The notes below the pieces were generated by a model, which saw only the letters and a program-made list of their open reading frames with translations, did no database searches and was not told the origin of the DNA. Source: a bacterium (GTDB taxonomy: Bacteria; Sysuimicrobiota; Sysuimicrobiia; Sysuimicrobiales; Kaftiobacteriaceae). Taken from it: a DNA stretch of 38,087 nt. Positions 9,680 to 18,590 of this stretch are shown here, one piece after another; the first letter of the stretch is position 1, and every line of letters begins with the position of its first letter. A program made the translations under genes and the position numbers. The DNA lies in contig JBIOWP010000074.1 in assembly GCA_044868695.1 (NCBI GenBank), forward strand, positions 1-38,087, in the 5' to 3' direction.

Positions 9680-11170
9680 ATGAGGCAACGTCTTTGCGTG
9701 CTCATCGTACTGGGTCTTATCCTGCTGCCGCTGGCGGCGGTCACGCCCGCCGCGTCGCAGGCCAAACCGTTTGACGGCGTGACCGTCAACGTGCTGACCT
9801 TTACGGGTCCGCAGATCGCAGAACCGCTGCAGCGCCGGGCGCCCGATTTCGGAAAGCTCACGGGGGCCAAGATCAACGTCGTCACTGTGCCGTTCAGCGA
9901 CCTCTACCAGAAGATGCTGACCGACATGGCCACGGGGACGAACAGCTTCCAGGCGTTTGTCTTCGCGCCGCAGTGGATGGCCGACTTCGTCACCGCCGGG
10001 TACCTGGAGGACATTACCACCCGGGCGAAAGCCGACAAGGCCCTTCAGTGGGACGACATCGGGCCCTTCTTCCGCAACTTCAGCGCTACCTTCGGCGGGC
10101 GCGTCTACACGATTCCGTTGGACGGCGACTTTCAAATGGTGTACTACCGGAGCGACCTGTTGAAGCAGGCCGGGCTGAAGGCGCCTTCTACCTGGGCCGA
10201 TTACATGAAAGTCGCCGAGGCCTTCAACAGGAAAGACCTCAACGGCGACGGCACGCCGGACTTCGGATCGTGCATCGCTAAGAAGCGGAACGCGCAGTCG
10301 TACTGGATGGTCTGGTCGGTGGCCGCCGACTTTCTGCAGACGCAGGGCACGCGCCAGGGATCGTTTTTCGACCTCGACACGATGAAGCCGCTAACCAACA
10401 ACGAGGCGTTTGCGGAGGCGCTGCGCATCTACGTGCAGACGGGACAGTACGGGCCTCCGGACGAGCTGAACTGGGACGTGGGTGATTCCCGGTCCGGGTT
10501 CGTCACCGGCCGCTGCGCGCTCAGCATCGACTGGGGCGACATCGGCACGCTGGCGATCGATCCGAAGAGCTCGAAGGTCCAGGACAAAGTGGGCGCGGTG
10601 ATTCTGCCCGGGACGTCGCGGGTGCTGGACCGGAAGACCGGCAAACTGGCGGCCTGCACCCGGCAGTCCTGCCCGCATGCGGTCAACGGCGTCAACCACG
10701 CGCCCTTTGCCGCGTTCGGCGGATGGTCGGGCGGGATCAACCACGCGGCGCCGGCAAAGGTCAAGGACGCGGCGTACGCGTTCATGTCCTATATGAGCCA
10801 GCCGGGTCAGGCCAACGTTGACGTGACCATCGGCATCACGGGGTTCAACCCGTATCGCGTCTCTCAGTTCAAGAGCCTGAGCCTGTGGCGGAAGGCCGGC
10901 ATGAGCGAGGAAGCCGCCAGGAACTATCTCGGGGCCATTGAGGCGAGCCTCAACAGCCCCAACATGGTACTCGACCTGCGCATCCCGCAGAATCAGCGCT
11001 ACCAGCAGGTCGTGCTGGACACGGCCATCGCCAAGCTGCTGGCCAAAGAGACGAGCATCGCCCAGGCCATGAAGGAGATCACGGACGGCTGGGAAGCGAT
11101 CACCAATGAGCTCGGCCGCGACACGCAGCTGAAGGCGTATCGCGAGAGCCTGGGCATCTCAATGAAGTAG
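9680..11170 (+). CDS. Carbohydrate ABC transporter substrate-binding protein (CUT1)
   Basis: Sec signal peptide; PLDGDFQMVYYRSDLL, P.TW.DY, FGGWSGGIN; GAGGAGG SD. Confidence 0.9.
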   Translation: MRQRLCVLIVLGLILLPLAAVTPAASQAKPFDGVTVNVLTFTGPQIAEPLQRRAPDFGKLTGAKINVVTVPFSDLYQKMLTDMATGTNSFQAFVFAPQWMADFVTAGYLEDITTRAKADKALQWDDIGPFFRNFSATFGGRVYTIPLDGDFQMVYYRSDLLKQAGLKAPSTWADYMKVAEAFNRKDLNGDGTPDFGSCIAKKRNAQSYWMVWSVAADFLQTQGTRQGSFFDLDTMKPLTNNEAFAEALRIYVQTGQYGPPDELNWDVGDSRSGFVTGRCALSIDWGDIGTLAIDPKSSKVQDKVGAVILPGTSRVLDRKTGKLAACTRQSCPHAVNGVNHAPFAAFGGWSGGINHAAPAKVKDAAYAFMSYMSQPGQANVDVTIGITGFNPYRVSQFKSLSLWRKAGMSEEAARNYLGAIEASLNSPNMVLDLRIPQNQRYQQVVLDTAIAKLLAKETSIAQAMKEITDGWEAITNELGRDTQLKAYRESLGISMK

Positions 11171-11212
11171 CGGGAGCGGTCCATTCGAGTCAGGACGTCG
11201 AAGGTCGTTGAT

Positions 11213-11250
11213 GCCGCCGGGGCGGAGCGTGCGCGTCCCGCCCCGGCGGC
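11213..11250 (+). other. GC-rich stem-loop after the SBP gene (mRNA stabiliser or attenuator)
   Basis: Perfect 13-bp inverted repeat GCCGCCGGGGCGG (11213-11225) / CCGCCCCGGCGGC (11238-11250); no long U-tract. Confidence 0.6.
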
Positions 11251-11317
11251 TGGGCTTCGTCAGGTACTGACGAACTGGCTGGAGCGCCAGGCGAACACCG
11301 CGTTCCTGGTCCCGGCG

Positions 11318-12352
11318 GTGCTACTGCTCTTTTTCCTGTCGATCTTCCCGCTGCTGGTGTCCGTCTATCTGTCCCTGACGCGCCTGCAGTTCGTCCCGGG
11401 CGGGTTCGTGTTTCGTTTCGTCGGCCTGGCGAACTATCAAAAACTCCTCGTCGGGATCGAGCGGCCGCACTTCCTCGGGGTGCTGGCGGCGCCTGGGGGG
11501 GTGGCGTGGCTGGTGGGAGCGCTGGCGGCGGCCGGGCTGGTGGTGTACGTCGCGCGGGGAATCCGCGGCGGACGCGGCTGGGGGCGCGTTCCCGGGCGGA
11601 TGCTGTTCGCGTTGGTCGCTGTCGCGGGGATCTGGCTTGTCGTGCGGTCGCTGCTCCCGGGAGGCCGTCCTGGGACGCTGGTCACGACCCTGATCTACGT
11701 CTTCGGGGGGATCACGCTCCAGTACTGGTTGGGGCTGGGCTTGGCGTTCCTCTGCGCGCAAAATCTCGCCGGCCGGCGCTTCTTTCGTGTGGCGTTCCTC
11801 CTGCCGATGATGATCACACCGGTGGGGATCGCGTACACCTTCCGGATTCTCATGGATCTCGGCAAAGGGCCGTTCGCGCCGCTGTGGCGGGCTCTGGGGC
11901 TGGCCGAAGTCTCCTGGGTCAATGACCCGTGGGGCGCGCGGGCCGCGGTGATGATCGGGGACATCTGGCAGTGGACGCCGTTCATGTTCATCGTCCTGCT
12001 GGCGGCGCTGGAGAGCCTGCCAGTCGAGCTGTTCGAGGCGGCCATGGTCGATGGCGCGAGCCGCTGGCAGGTGTTTTGGAAGGTGTCGTGGCCGCAACTG
12101 GTGCCGGTGAGCTCGACGCTGGTCTTGATCCGCATGCTGGAAGCGTTCAAGATTATCGATCTGCCCAACGTGTTGACGAACGGCGGGCCGGGCACGGCCA
12201 CCGAATCGCTCACGCTGCACGCGTTCATGGCGTGGCGGACGCTCGACATCGGCGGCTCGGCGGCGGTGGCGTATCTCCTCTTATTCGTGGTGACGTTTGC
12301 CGCCCTGTCCTACGTCAGCCTCGTGCACCGCCGGTTGGCGGAGCCGGCGTGA
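11318..12352 (+). CDS. Carbohydrate ABC permease (MalF-like); true start probably upstream of 11318
   Basis: FVGLANY, LLPMMITPV, WQWTPF, EAAMVDGA (EAA loop), T.GGPG. Frame is open back to 11171. Confidence 0.88.
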   Translation: MLLLFFLSIFPLLVSVYLSLTRLQFVPGGFVFRFVGLANYQKLLVGIERPHFLGVLAAPGGVAWLVGALAAAGLVVYVARGIRGGRGWGRVPGRMLFALVAVAGIWLVVRSLLPGGRPGTLVTTLIYVFGGITLQYWLGLGLAFLCAQNLAGRRFFRVAFLLPMMITPVGIAYTFRILMDLGKGPFAPLWRALGLAEVSWVNDPWGARAAVMIGDIWQWTPFMFIVLLAALESLPVELFEAAMVDGASRWQVFWKVSWPQLVPVSSTLVLIRMLEAFKIIDLPNVLTNGGPGTATESLTLHAFMAWRTLDIGGSAAVAYLLLFVVTFAALSYVSLVHRRLAEPA

Positions 12353-13380
12353 GGGAGCCCGGCGTGCGGGGCCGGCGGTCGGCCGCGGATCTGTCCCCCG
12401 CGGCGCGCGGCGCCGCGTACCTGGTGCTCGGGGTGTGGGCGGTCGTCGTCCTCTTTCCTATCTACTGGATCGTCGTGACATCGTTCAAGCTGCCGGTGCA
12501 CGTGTACGCCGGGCCCGTGTACCTGCCGTTTGTCGACTACCAGCCGTCGCTGCACGCCTGGCGGTACATCTTCGTGGATCTGCGCAACGACACGCTGCGG
12601 CCCTTCATGAACACCATCACCGTCGCGCTGACGAGCTCCGCCCTGGCCCTGGGGCTGGGGACGGCAGCGGGCTACGGGCTGCTGCGGTTTTCCTACCGCC
12701 CGCGCCTGAGCACCATTCTGCTGTTCACGCTCAGCGCGCTGCTGGGGATGGCTGCCGCCGCGAGGCAGGTGCCGTGGCCGCTGGCGCTGGCCGGCGGCGC
12801 GGCGGTGTTTGTCCTGCTGCGCCCGCTCGCGCGCCGGTGGGGACGGCGGACGGTCGCGAATGAGGACGTGGCCTTTTGGATGATCTCCCAGCGGATCCTT
12901 CCGCCGGTCGCGGTCGTGATTCCCATCTATGTGATGTTCCAGCGGCTGGGGCTGCTGGATACCCGGCCCGCGTTGATCATTACCTACACCGCGGTGAACC
13001 TGCCCATCGTGGTGTGGCTGATGCGCGACTACTTCCGGCAGATCTCCGTCGAACTCGAGGAAAGCGCGGCCATCGACGGGGCGTCGCCCTACCGCATCTT
13101 CCGCTCAATCGTGCTGCCGCTGTCGACCCCGGGGCTGGCGGCGACGTTCCTGCTGGTGCTGGTCTTCTCATGGAATGAGTACCTGCTGGCCCTCTTCCTG
13201 ACCAGCGCGAACGCCCAGACGCTGCCCCTGAGCATCGCGGCCCAGAATGCCACGCGCGGGCCGCAGTGGTGGTACATGTCGGTGTTAATTCTGATCATGA
13301 TCACGCCGGTGATCGCGATGGCGATCGCCCTGGAGCGTTACATCGCGAAGGGCCTGCTGGTAGGCGCGCTCAAGGGATGA
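12349..13380 (+). CDS. Carbohydrate ABC permease (MalG-like)
   Basis: GTGA overlap with the previous stop; FPIYWIVVTSFK, ELEESAAIDGAS, SWNEYL. Confidence 0.9.
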   Translation: MREPGVRGRRSAADLSPAARGAAYLVLGVWAVVVLFPIYWIVVTSFKLPVHVYAGPVYLPFVDYQPSLHAWRYIFVDLRNDTLRPFMNTITVALTSSALALGLGTAAGYGLLRFSYRPRLSTILLFTLSALLGMAAAARQVPWPLALAGGAAVFVLLRPLARRWGRRTVANEDVAFWMISQRILPPVAVVIPIYVMFQRLGLLDTRPALIITYTAVNLPIVVWLMRDYFRQISVELEESAAIDGASPYRIFRSIVLPLSTPGLAATFLLVLVFSWNEYLLALFLTSANAQTLPLSIAAQNATRGPQWWYMSVLILIMITPVIAMAIALERYIAKGLLVGALKG

Positions 13381-14339
13381 TCACGCGCACGCTGGGCACA
13401 ACGGGACTGCAGGTCACGCCTCTGGGCATCGGCGGCGGCGCGCTGGCCAGCATGCCGGAATCGTTCGGCTACAGCGTGCCGGAGGCGCAGGCGCTGCGGA
13501 CGCTGCGCGCCGTCTTCCGCAGCCCCATCAACTTTCTGGACACCGCCGCGGCGTATGGGGACGGGGAGAGCGAGCGCCGGATCGGACGAGTCCTGCACGA
13601 GCTGGGCGGTCTTCCCGCAGGGTATGTCCTCTCCACCAAAGCCGATCGCAACCTGCAGACGGGAGATTTCAGCGGCGACCAGGTCGCCCGATCGCTCGAG
13701 CGCAGCCTGCGTTTGTTGGGTCTGGACCGGCTGCACCTGGTCTTCCTGCACGACCCGGAGCACACTACGTTCGAGCAGGTGACGGGCCGCGGCGGGCCAT
13801 TGGACGTCCTGCGGCGGTACCAGGGCGAGGGCATGATCGCGCACCTGGGCGTCGCCGGTGGGCCGATCGACCTCATGCTCCGGTACGTCGAGACGCAGGC
13901 CTTCGAGGTCGTCATCACGCACAACCGCTACACGCTGCTGAACCGCAGCGCAGAGCCCCTCCTCGACCGCGCGGCCCGCCTGGGGGTCGCCGTCCTCAAC
14001 GCCGCGCCCTACGGCAGCGGCATCCTGGCGAAGGGCCCGGACGCCTATCCGCGGTACGCCTACGTGGATGCCGCGTCCGATATCGTCGAGCGCGCGCGGC
14101 GCGCTGCGGAGATCTGCCGCCGGCACCGCGTCCCGCTGGCCGCGGCGGCGCTGCAGTTTTCTCTCCGCGATCTTCGAATTGCCTCCACAATCGTGGGGGT
14201 GAGCCGCCCAGAGCGCATCGAGGACACGCTCGCCCTCGCAGCCCGCCCGATTCCCGACGAGTTGTGGCCGCAGCTGGACCGTCTCGCCGTGCGCGACGTC
14301 GATCCCGAAGCCGGCCGATGGCCGGCGGCGAGGGGATGA
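13377..14339 (+). CDS. Aldo/keto reductase, resembling D-threo-aldose (L-fucose/D-arabinose) 1-dehydrogenase-like AKRs
   Basis: ATGA overlap; DTAAAYG..ESERRIG, LSTK, LHDPE catalytic tetrad pattern; NRYTLL. The subfamily assignment is inference. Confidence 0.85.
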   Translation: MITRTLGTTGLQVTPLGIGGGALASMPESFGYSVPEAQALRTLRAVFRSPINFLDTAAAYGDGESERRIGRVLHELGGLPAGYVLSTKADRNLQTGDFSGDQVARSLERSLRLLGLDRLHLVFLHDPEHTTFEQVTGRGGPLDVLRRYQGEGMIAHLGVAGGPIDLMLRYVETQAFEVVITHNRYTLLNRSAEPLLDRAARLGVAVLNAAPYGSGILAKGPDAYPRYAYVDAASDIVERARRAAEICRRHRVPLAAAALQFSLRDLRIASTIVGVSRPERIEDTLALAARPIPDELWPQLDRLAVRDVDPEAGRWPAARG

Positions 14340-15106
14340 CCCCCATCGCCGTCGTGACCGGGGCGGGTCAGGGCATCGGCCGTGCCGTGGCCGAGCGGCT
14401 GGCGGCCGATGGGTTCGCGGTCGCCCTGGTGGACGTGGACGCCTCCGCCCTGGCGGAGACCACGGGGGCGCTGGACCGGCGCGACGCCGAGGCGTTGGTC
14501 ATTCACACCGACCTGGTGCAGATCGACAACGTTGCTCGCGCGATCGACCAGGTGATGGAGCGATGGGGACGGATCGACGCGCTGGTCAACAACGCGGGCC
14601 GCGAGATCACCAAACCGCTGCTGGACATTTCGCCGCCCGAGTGGGACGCCATGCTCGGTCTCAACCTCAAGACGGTGTTTTTCGCCACGCAGCTGGCCGC
14701 CCGGGCGATGATCGCCGGCGGGGTCCGCGGCCGGATCGTGAGCATGGCCTCCATCGCCGGCCGTTCCGGCCGGGCCGATCAGGCGCCGTACGCCGCGGCC
14801 AAGGCGGGCGTGATCAGCCTCACGCGGTCGGCGGCGCGGGCACTTGCGCCCCACGGGATCACGGTCAACGCCGTATGCCCCGGTGTGGTGGACACGGCGA
14901 TGACCCGGCGGATTCACGAGGTCCGCGCACAGGCGTTGGGCGTAACCCCCGACGAGTCGCTGGCGCGGATGGTCGGACGCATCCCGCTGGGGCGTATCGG
15001 AACTCCGGGGGACATCGCGGCCGCCGTGGCGTTCTTGTGCTCGCCGCACGCGGCGTACATTACCGGTCAGGCGCTCAACGTCTGCGGCGGTCTAGAAATG
15101 GACTGA
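14336..15106 (+). CDS. SDR family oxidoreductase (polyol/acetoin dehydrogenase-like)
   Basis: TGAGQGIG, NNAG, YAAAK, VNAVCPGVVDT, YITGQALNVCGG; ATGA overlap. Confidence 0.9.
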   Translation: MTPIAVVTGAGQGIGRAVAERLAADGFAVALVDVDASALAETTGALDRRDAEALVIHTDLVQIDNVARAIDQVMERWGRIDALVNNAGREITKPLLDISPPEWDAMLGLNLKTVFFATQLAARAMIAGGVRGRIVSMASIAGRSGRADQAPYAAAKAGVISLTRSAARALAPHGITVNAVCPGVVDTAMTRRIHEVRAQALGVTPDESLARMVGRIPLGRIGTPGDIAAAVAFLCSPHAAYITGQALNVCGGLEMD

Positions 15107-15124
15107 CAGAAGAGGATTGACCCG

Positions 15125-16285
15125 ATGCGCGAGCTCCACATTGCATTGATCAGCGGGCCGCAGTACGACCGCCTGCAGGGGCTGCTGCCCGCGTTTGAGC
15201 GGCGCGGCGGGTACCGTGTCGTCGTGGAGGTCGCCCTCCCCCATGTCGAGCTCAACGCGCGGATGGCCGCCGATCTGGGGACTCCGCGGGGGCGGTACGA
15301 CCTTATCTCCACGCACACCAAGTACGCGCCCTCCCAGGCTGCGCACCTGCGGGCGCTGGACAACCTGGTCGATGCGAGGGAGATCGCCGATTTCTTTCCG
15401 CGCGTCATGGAGCTGTGCCGCATCGGCGGCGAGCTGATGCAGCTGCCGCGGAACTTCGATGCCCGCCTGCTGTTCTACCGCGCCGACCTAATGCCGGCGC
15501 CGCCGACGTGGGACGATGCCGCGGCGCAGATGGCGCGCCACATCCGTCCCGGATTTTATGGGTTCGCCTTCCCCGGGCGGCACTCCGGCCTGTTCGGCAC
15601 GTTCTACGAACTGCTCGGGATGGCCGGTGGGGAGCTATTCGACGAAGAGCTGCGTCCGATCTTCAACAGCGACGCCGGCGTCTGGGCGCTGAGCTTCCTG
15701 CACCGGCTGTGCACCGCCGAGCGGCTGACCCCGCCGGATCTGCTCGAACGCTGGTACTATGACGAGGTGTCCGAGGGATTCCGCATGGGCCGGCTGCTGA
15801 TGGTGGGAGACTGGCCCGGATTCTACGGTCTGTACAAGGATCCCAAGACGTGCGCGGTCATCGGACAGTTCGACGTCGCCGTCTACCCAGCCGGACCGGC
15901 GGGGCTGCGGAAAGCCTATGCCGGGGGGCACTCGTTCGCCATTCCGAAGGCGGCCCGCGACCCGGACGGCGCGTTGGCGCTGCTGCGGTATCTGGTCGGC
16001 GCGGATGTGCAGTATGTCGAAGCGGCGGCCGGACACACGCCGGTGCGCCGCGCGGTCTTCGACCGCGTGAAGCGCGAGCTGGCCCCGGGCAGCCGGGATG
16101 CCAGGCGCACCGCGGCGCTGGAGGAGACGATCCTCCGCCATGCCATGATTCCGCCGCGGTTTGCGCGCTATCCGCTCGTCGAGGACATCCTCTGGGTGGG
16201 CGTCCAGCGGGCCGTGACCGGTGCGCAGGCGCCGCGCGATGCGCTGCAGGCGATGGCGCGGCAGGTCGAGGAGGTGCTCCGGTGA
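15125..16285 (+). CDS. Sugar-binding protein (CUT1 SBP fold) lacking a signal peptide
   Basis: LPRNFDARLLFYRADL, PPTWDD, GGHSFAIP, P.R motifs; AGAGGA SD; N-terminus has no hydrophobic leader. Confidence 0.8.
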   Translation: MRELHIALISGPQYDRLQGLLPAFERRGGYRVVVEVALPHVELNARMAADLGTPRGRYDLISTHTKYAPSQAAHLRALDNLVDAREIADFFPRVMELCRIGGELMQLPRNFDARLLFYRADLMPAPPTWDDAAAQMARHIRPGFYGFAFPGRHSGLFGTFYELLGMAGGELFDEELRPIFNSDAGVWALSFLHRLCTAERLTPPDLLERWYYDEVSEGFRMGRLLMVGDWPGFYGLYKDPKTCAVIGQFDVAVYPAGPAGLRKAYAGGHSFAIPKAARDPDGALALLRYLVGADVQYVEAAAGHTPVRRAVFDRVKRELAPGSRDARRTAALEETILRHAMIPPRFARYPLVEDILWVGVQRAVTGAQAPRDALQAMARQVEEVLR

Positions 16286-16319
16286 TCCGCGGGTTGCTGA
16301 TGCAGCCTCCGTAGGCATT

Positions 16320-18590
16320 ATGGCGACTTCGAGATTTCGCGGCGCACGTGTCAAGCGGATTGAAGATCCCAGGCTCCTGGTTGGGCGAGGCACCTATGTG
16401 GACGATTTCGCACCGCCCGGTCTGCTCCATGCCGCTGTAGTGCGCAGCCCCCATGCGCATGCCCGCGTCGGCCGCATCCGGGCACGGGGGCGCATTGAGG
16501 TGGTGACCGCCCGCAGCCTGGGCCGGCCGCTCCTGCTGCCCGGAGAGATCGAGGGAGGCGCGGTGGCGCACCACCCGGTCCTGGCCGGCGATCGCGTGCA
16601 CTATGTCGGCCAACCGGTGGCCGTGGTGATCGCCCGGACGCAGGCTGAAGCCCTGGACGCGGCCGCCGCGGTCGACGTGGACTACGTGCCGCTCCCGCCG
16701 GTGGTCGACGCCGAGCAGGCCCTGCGGGACGGCGCGCCCGTGCTCCATCCCAAGCTGCGCACCAACCTCGCCTACCGCACGGCATGGACCCGCGGGGCGG
16801 CAAAACGGGCGTTTGCCGGAGCCCCCGCGACCATTGCGCAGCGCATCTCTCACCAGCGGGTGGCCGCCATCGCGATCGAAGGCCGCGCCGTCCTGGCCAC
16901 GCCGCCGGCGGGGGCCGTCCGGACCCTGAGCGTCTGGTCGTCCACGCAGATGCCGCACGCGCTGCGCGATGAGCTGGCCGGGCACGTGCCCCGCCGGGTC
17001 ACCGTGCGGGTGATCGCCCCGGACGTCGGCGGCGGCTTTGGAGCCAAGGGCAGCATCTATCCGGAAGAACTCCTGATTCCGATGCTCGCCCTGCGCCTGG
17101 GTCGCCCGCTGAAGTGGGTGGAGAGCCGCCGCGAGCATCTGATGACGATCTGCCACGGGCGGGCGCAGTTCGCCGACGTCCAGCTGGCTGCGTCGTCCGA
17201 CGGGCAGATCGTCGGCCTGCGGCTCCGCGTCGTCGCGGACGTGGGCGCCTATCTCATGACCACGACCGCTGAAATTCCCCCCTTGACGCTGGAAATGGCC
17301 ACCGGTCCCTATCTGATCCGCGACGTCGAGGTCGAGCTGCTCGAAGCGTACACGAACAAGGTCCCCACCGGCGCCTACCGCGGTGCGGGCCGCCCGGAGG
17401 CCGCGTTCTACCTGGAGCGGGCGATCGACATTCTTGCGGGGACGCTCCACCGCGATCCGGCTGAAGTCCGGCGGCGGAACTTCATCCCCCCGGACGCGTT
17501 CCCCTACACCGCCCCCTCAGGGGCGGTGTACGACAGCGGCAACTACGCCGCCGCGCTCGACCGCGCGCTTCTTGCCGGTTCGTATGCGCAGTGGCGCGAT
17601 CGTCAGGCGCAGCTCGCGCGCGACGGCCGCTGCATCGGGATCGGGCTCTCCAGCTACGTGGAGACGTGCACGTACGGATCCGATGCGTCCCGTGTTGAGC
17701 TCGATACGAGCGGCAGCGTCACCGTCTACAGTGGAACCTCGCCGCACGGGCAGGGTGGAGCGACGGGGTTCGCGCAGATCGTCGCCGACGCGCTCGGCGT
17801 CGACGTCTCGCGCGTCAGCGTCATCACCGGCGACACCGCGCTCATTCCAGAAGGCGACGGCACAGCGGGGAGCCGCACGCTGGTGGTCGGCGGGTCGGCG
17901 GTGTACCGGGCGGCGCAGGGCCTGCGGCGCAAACTCCTGGAGCGGGCCGCCCGGCGCCTGGAAGCATCCGTCGAAGACCTTGTGCTCTCCGCCGGCCGGG
18001 TCGCCGTGGCGGGCGTCCCCGCGCGGAGCCTCTCATTAACGGAACTGGTGGGCCCCCGCCGGAAGGCCCTGGCGGCGAGCGGGCAGTACACGGTCCGGGG
18101 CTCCACCTTCCCGTTCGGCACCCACATCAGCGTGGTCGAGGTGGATCCTGACACGGGAGAGTTCCAGCTGCTGCAGCATGTGGCCGTGGACGACTGCGGT
18201 GTCGTGATCAACCCGCTGCTGGTGGAGGGCCAGGTGCACGGGGGAGTCGCCCAGGCCATCGGGCAGGCGCTGTACGAGGGGGTGGAGTACGACGAGACCG
18301 GACAGATCCTGACGGGGTCGCTGCTGGACTATGCGATCCCGCGGTCCCCGCATGTTCCTCCCATCATGACTCTCCGGACTGAGACGCCGTCTCCGCGCAA
18401 TCCCCTCGGGGCCAAAGGGATCGGCGAAGCCGGGACGATCGGAGCGACGCCCGCCGTGGTCAACGCGGTCATTGACGCGTTGGCCCGCTTTGGGGTGCGC
18501 CACCTCGAAATGCCGCTAACCCCGATGAAGATCTGGCGTGCGGCCCGTGCGCAGCGCCACGAGCAGTCCGTCGCGGATCGGCACGATTGA
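16320..18590 (+). CDS. Xanthine dehydrogenase family Mo-binding large subunit (CoxL form II / CutA-like)
   Basis: KRIEDPRLL.G, VRSPHAHA, DVGGGFGAK, AYRGAGRPEA, HGQG, GSR, GQVHGG..QAIGQAL, GAKGIGE. Confidence 0.92.
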   Translation: MATSRFRGARVKRIEDPRLLVGRGTYVDDFAPPGLLHAAVVRSPHAHARVGRIRARGRIEVVTARSLGRPLLLPGEIEGGAVAHHPVLAGDRVHYVGQPVAVVIARTQAEALDAAAAVDVDYVPLPPVVDAEQALRDGAPVLHPKLRTNLAYRTAWTRGAAKRAFAGAPATIAQRISHQRVAAIAIEGRAVLATPPAGAVRTLSVWSSTQMPHALRDELAGHVPRRVTVRVIAPDVGGGFGAKGSIYPEELLIPMLALRLGRPLKWVESRREHLMTICHGRAQFADVQLAASSDGQIVGLRLRVVADVGAYLMTTTAEIPPLTLEMATGPYLIRDVEVELLEAYTNKVPTGAYRGAGRPEAAFYLERAIDILAGTLHRDPAEVRRRNFIPPDAFPYTAPSGAVYDSGNYAAALDRALLAGSYAQWRDRQAQLARDGRCIGIGLSSYVETCTYGSDASRVELDTSGSVTVYSGTSPHGQGGATGFAQIVADALGVDVSRVSVITGDTALIPEGDGTAGSRTLVVGGSAVYRAAQGLRRKLLERAARRLEASVEDLVLSAGRVAVAGVPARSLSLTELVGPRRKALAASGQYTVRGSTFPFGTHISVVEVDPDTGEFQLLQHVAVDDCGVVINPLLVEGQVHGGVAQAIGQALYEGVEYDETGQILTGSLLDYAIPRSPHVPPIMTLRTETPSPRNPLGAKGIGEAGTIGATPAVVNAVIDALARFGVRHLEMPLTPMKIWRAARAQRHEQSVADRHD

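Noticed and set aside
11929..12348. N-terminal extension of permease 2 (likewise the 13266, 14264, 16221, 20432 and 23484 starts)
   Set aside because: These overlap upstream genes in another frame. Coupled or SD-supported starts, or the onset of family similarity, lie downstream.
16320..18590. True aerobic CO dehydrogenase (form I coxL)
   Set aside because: Active-site loop is AYRGAGR rather than AYxCSFR, and coxS, coxM and accessory genes are absent.
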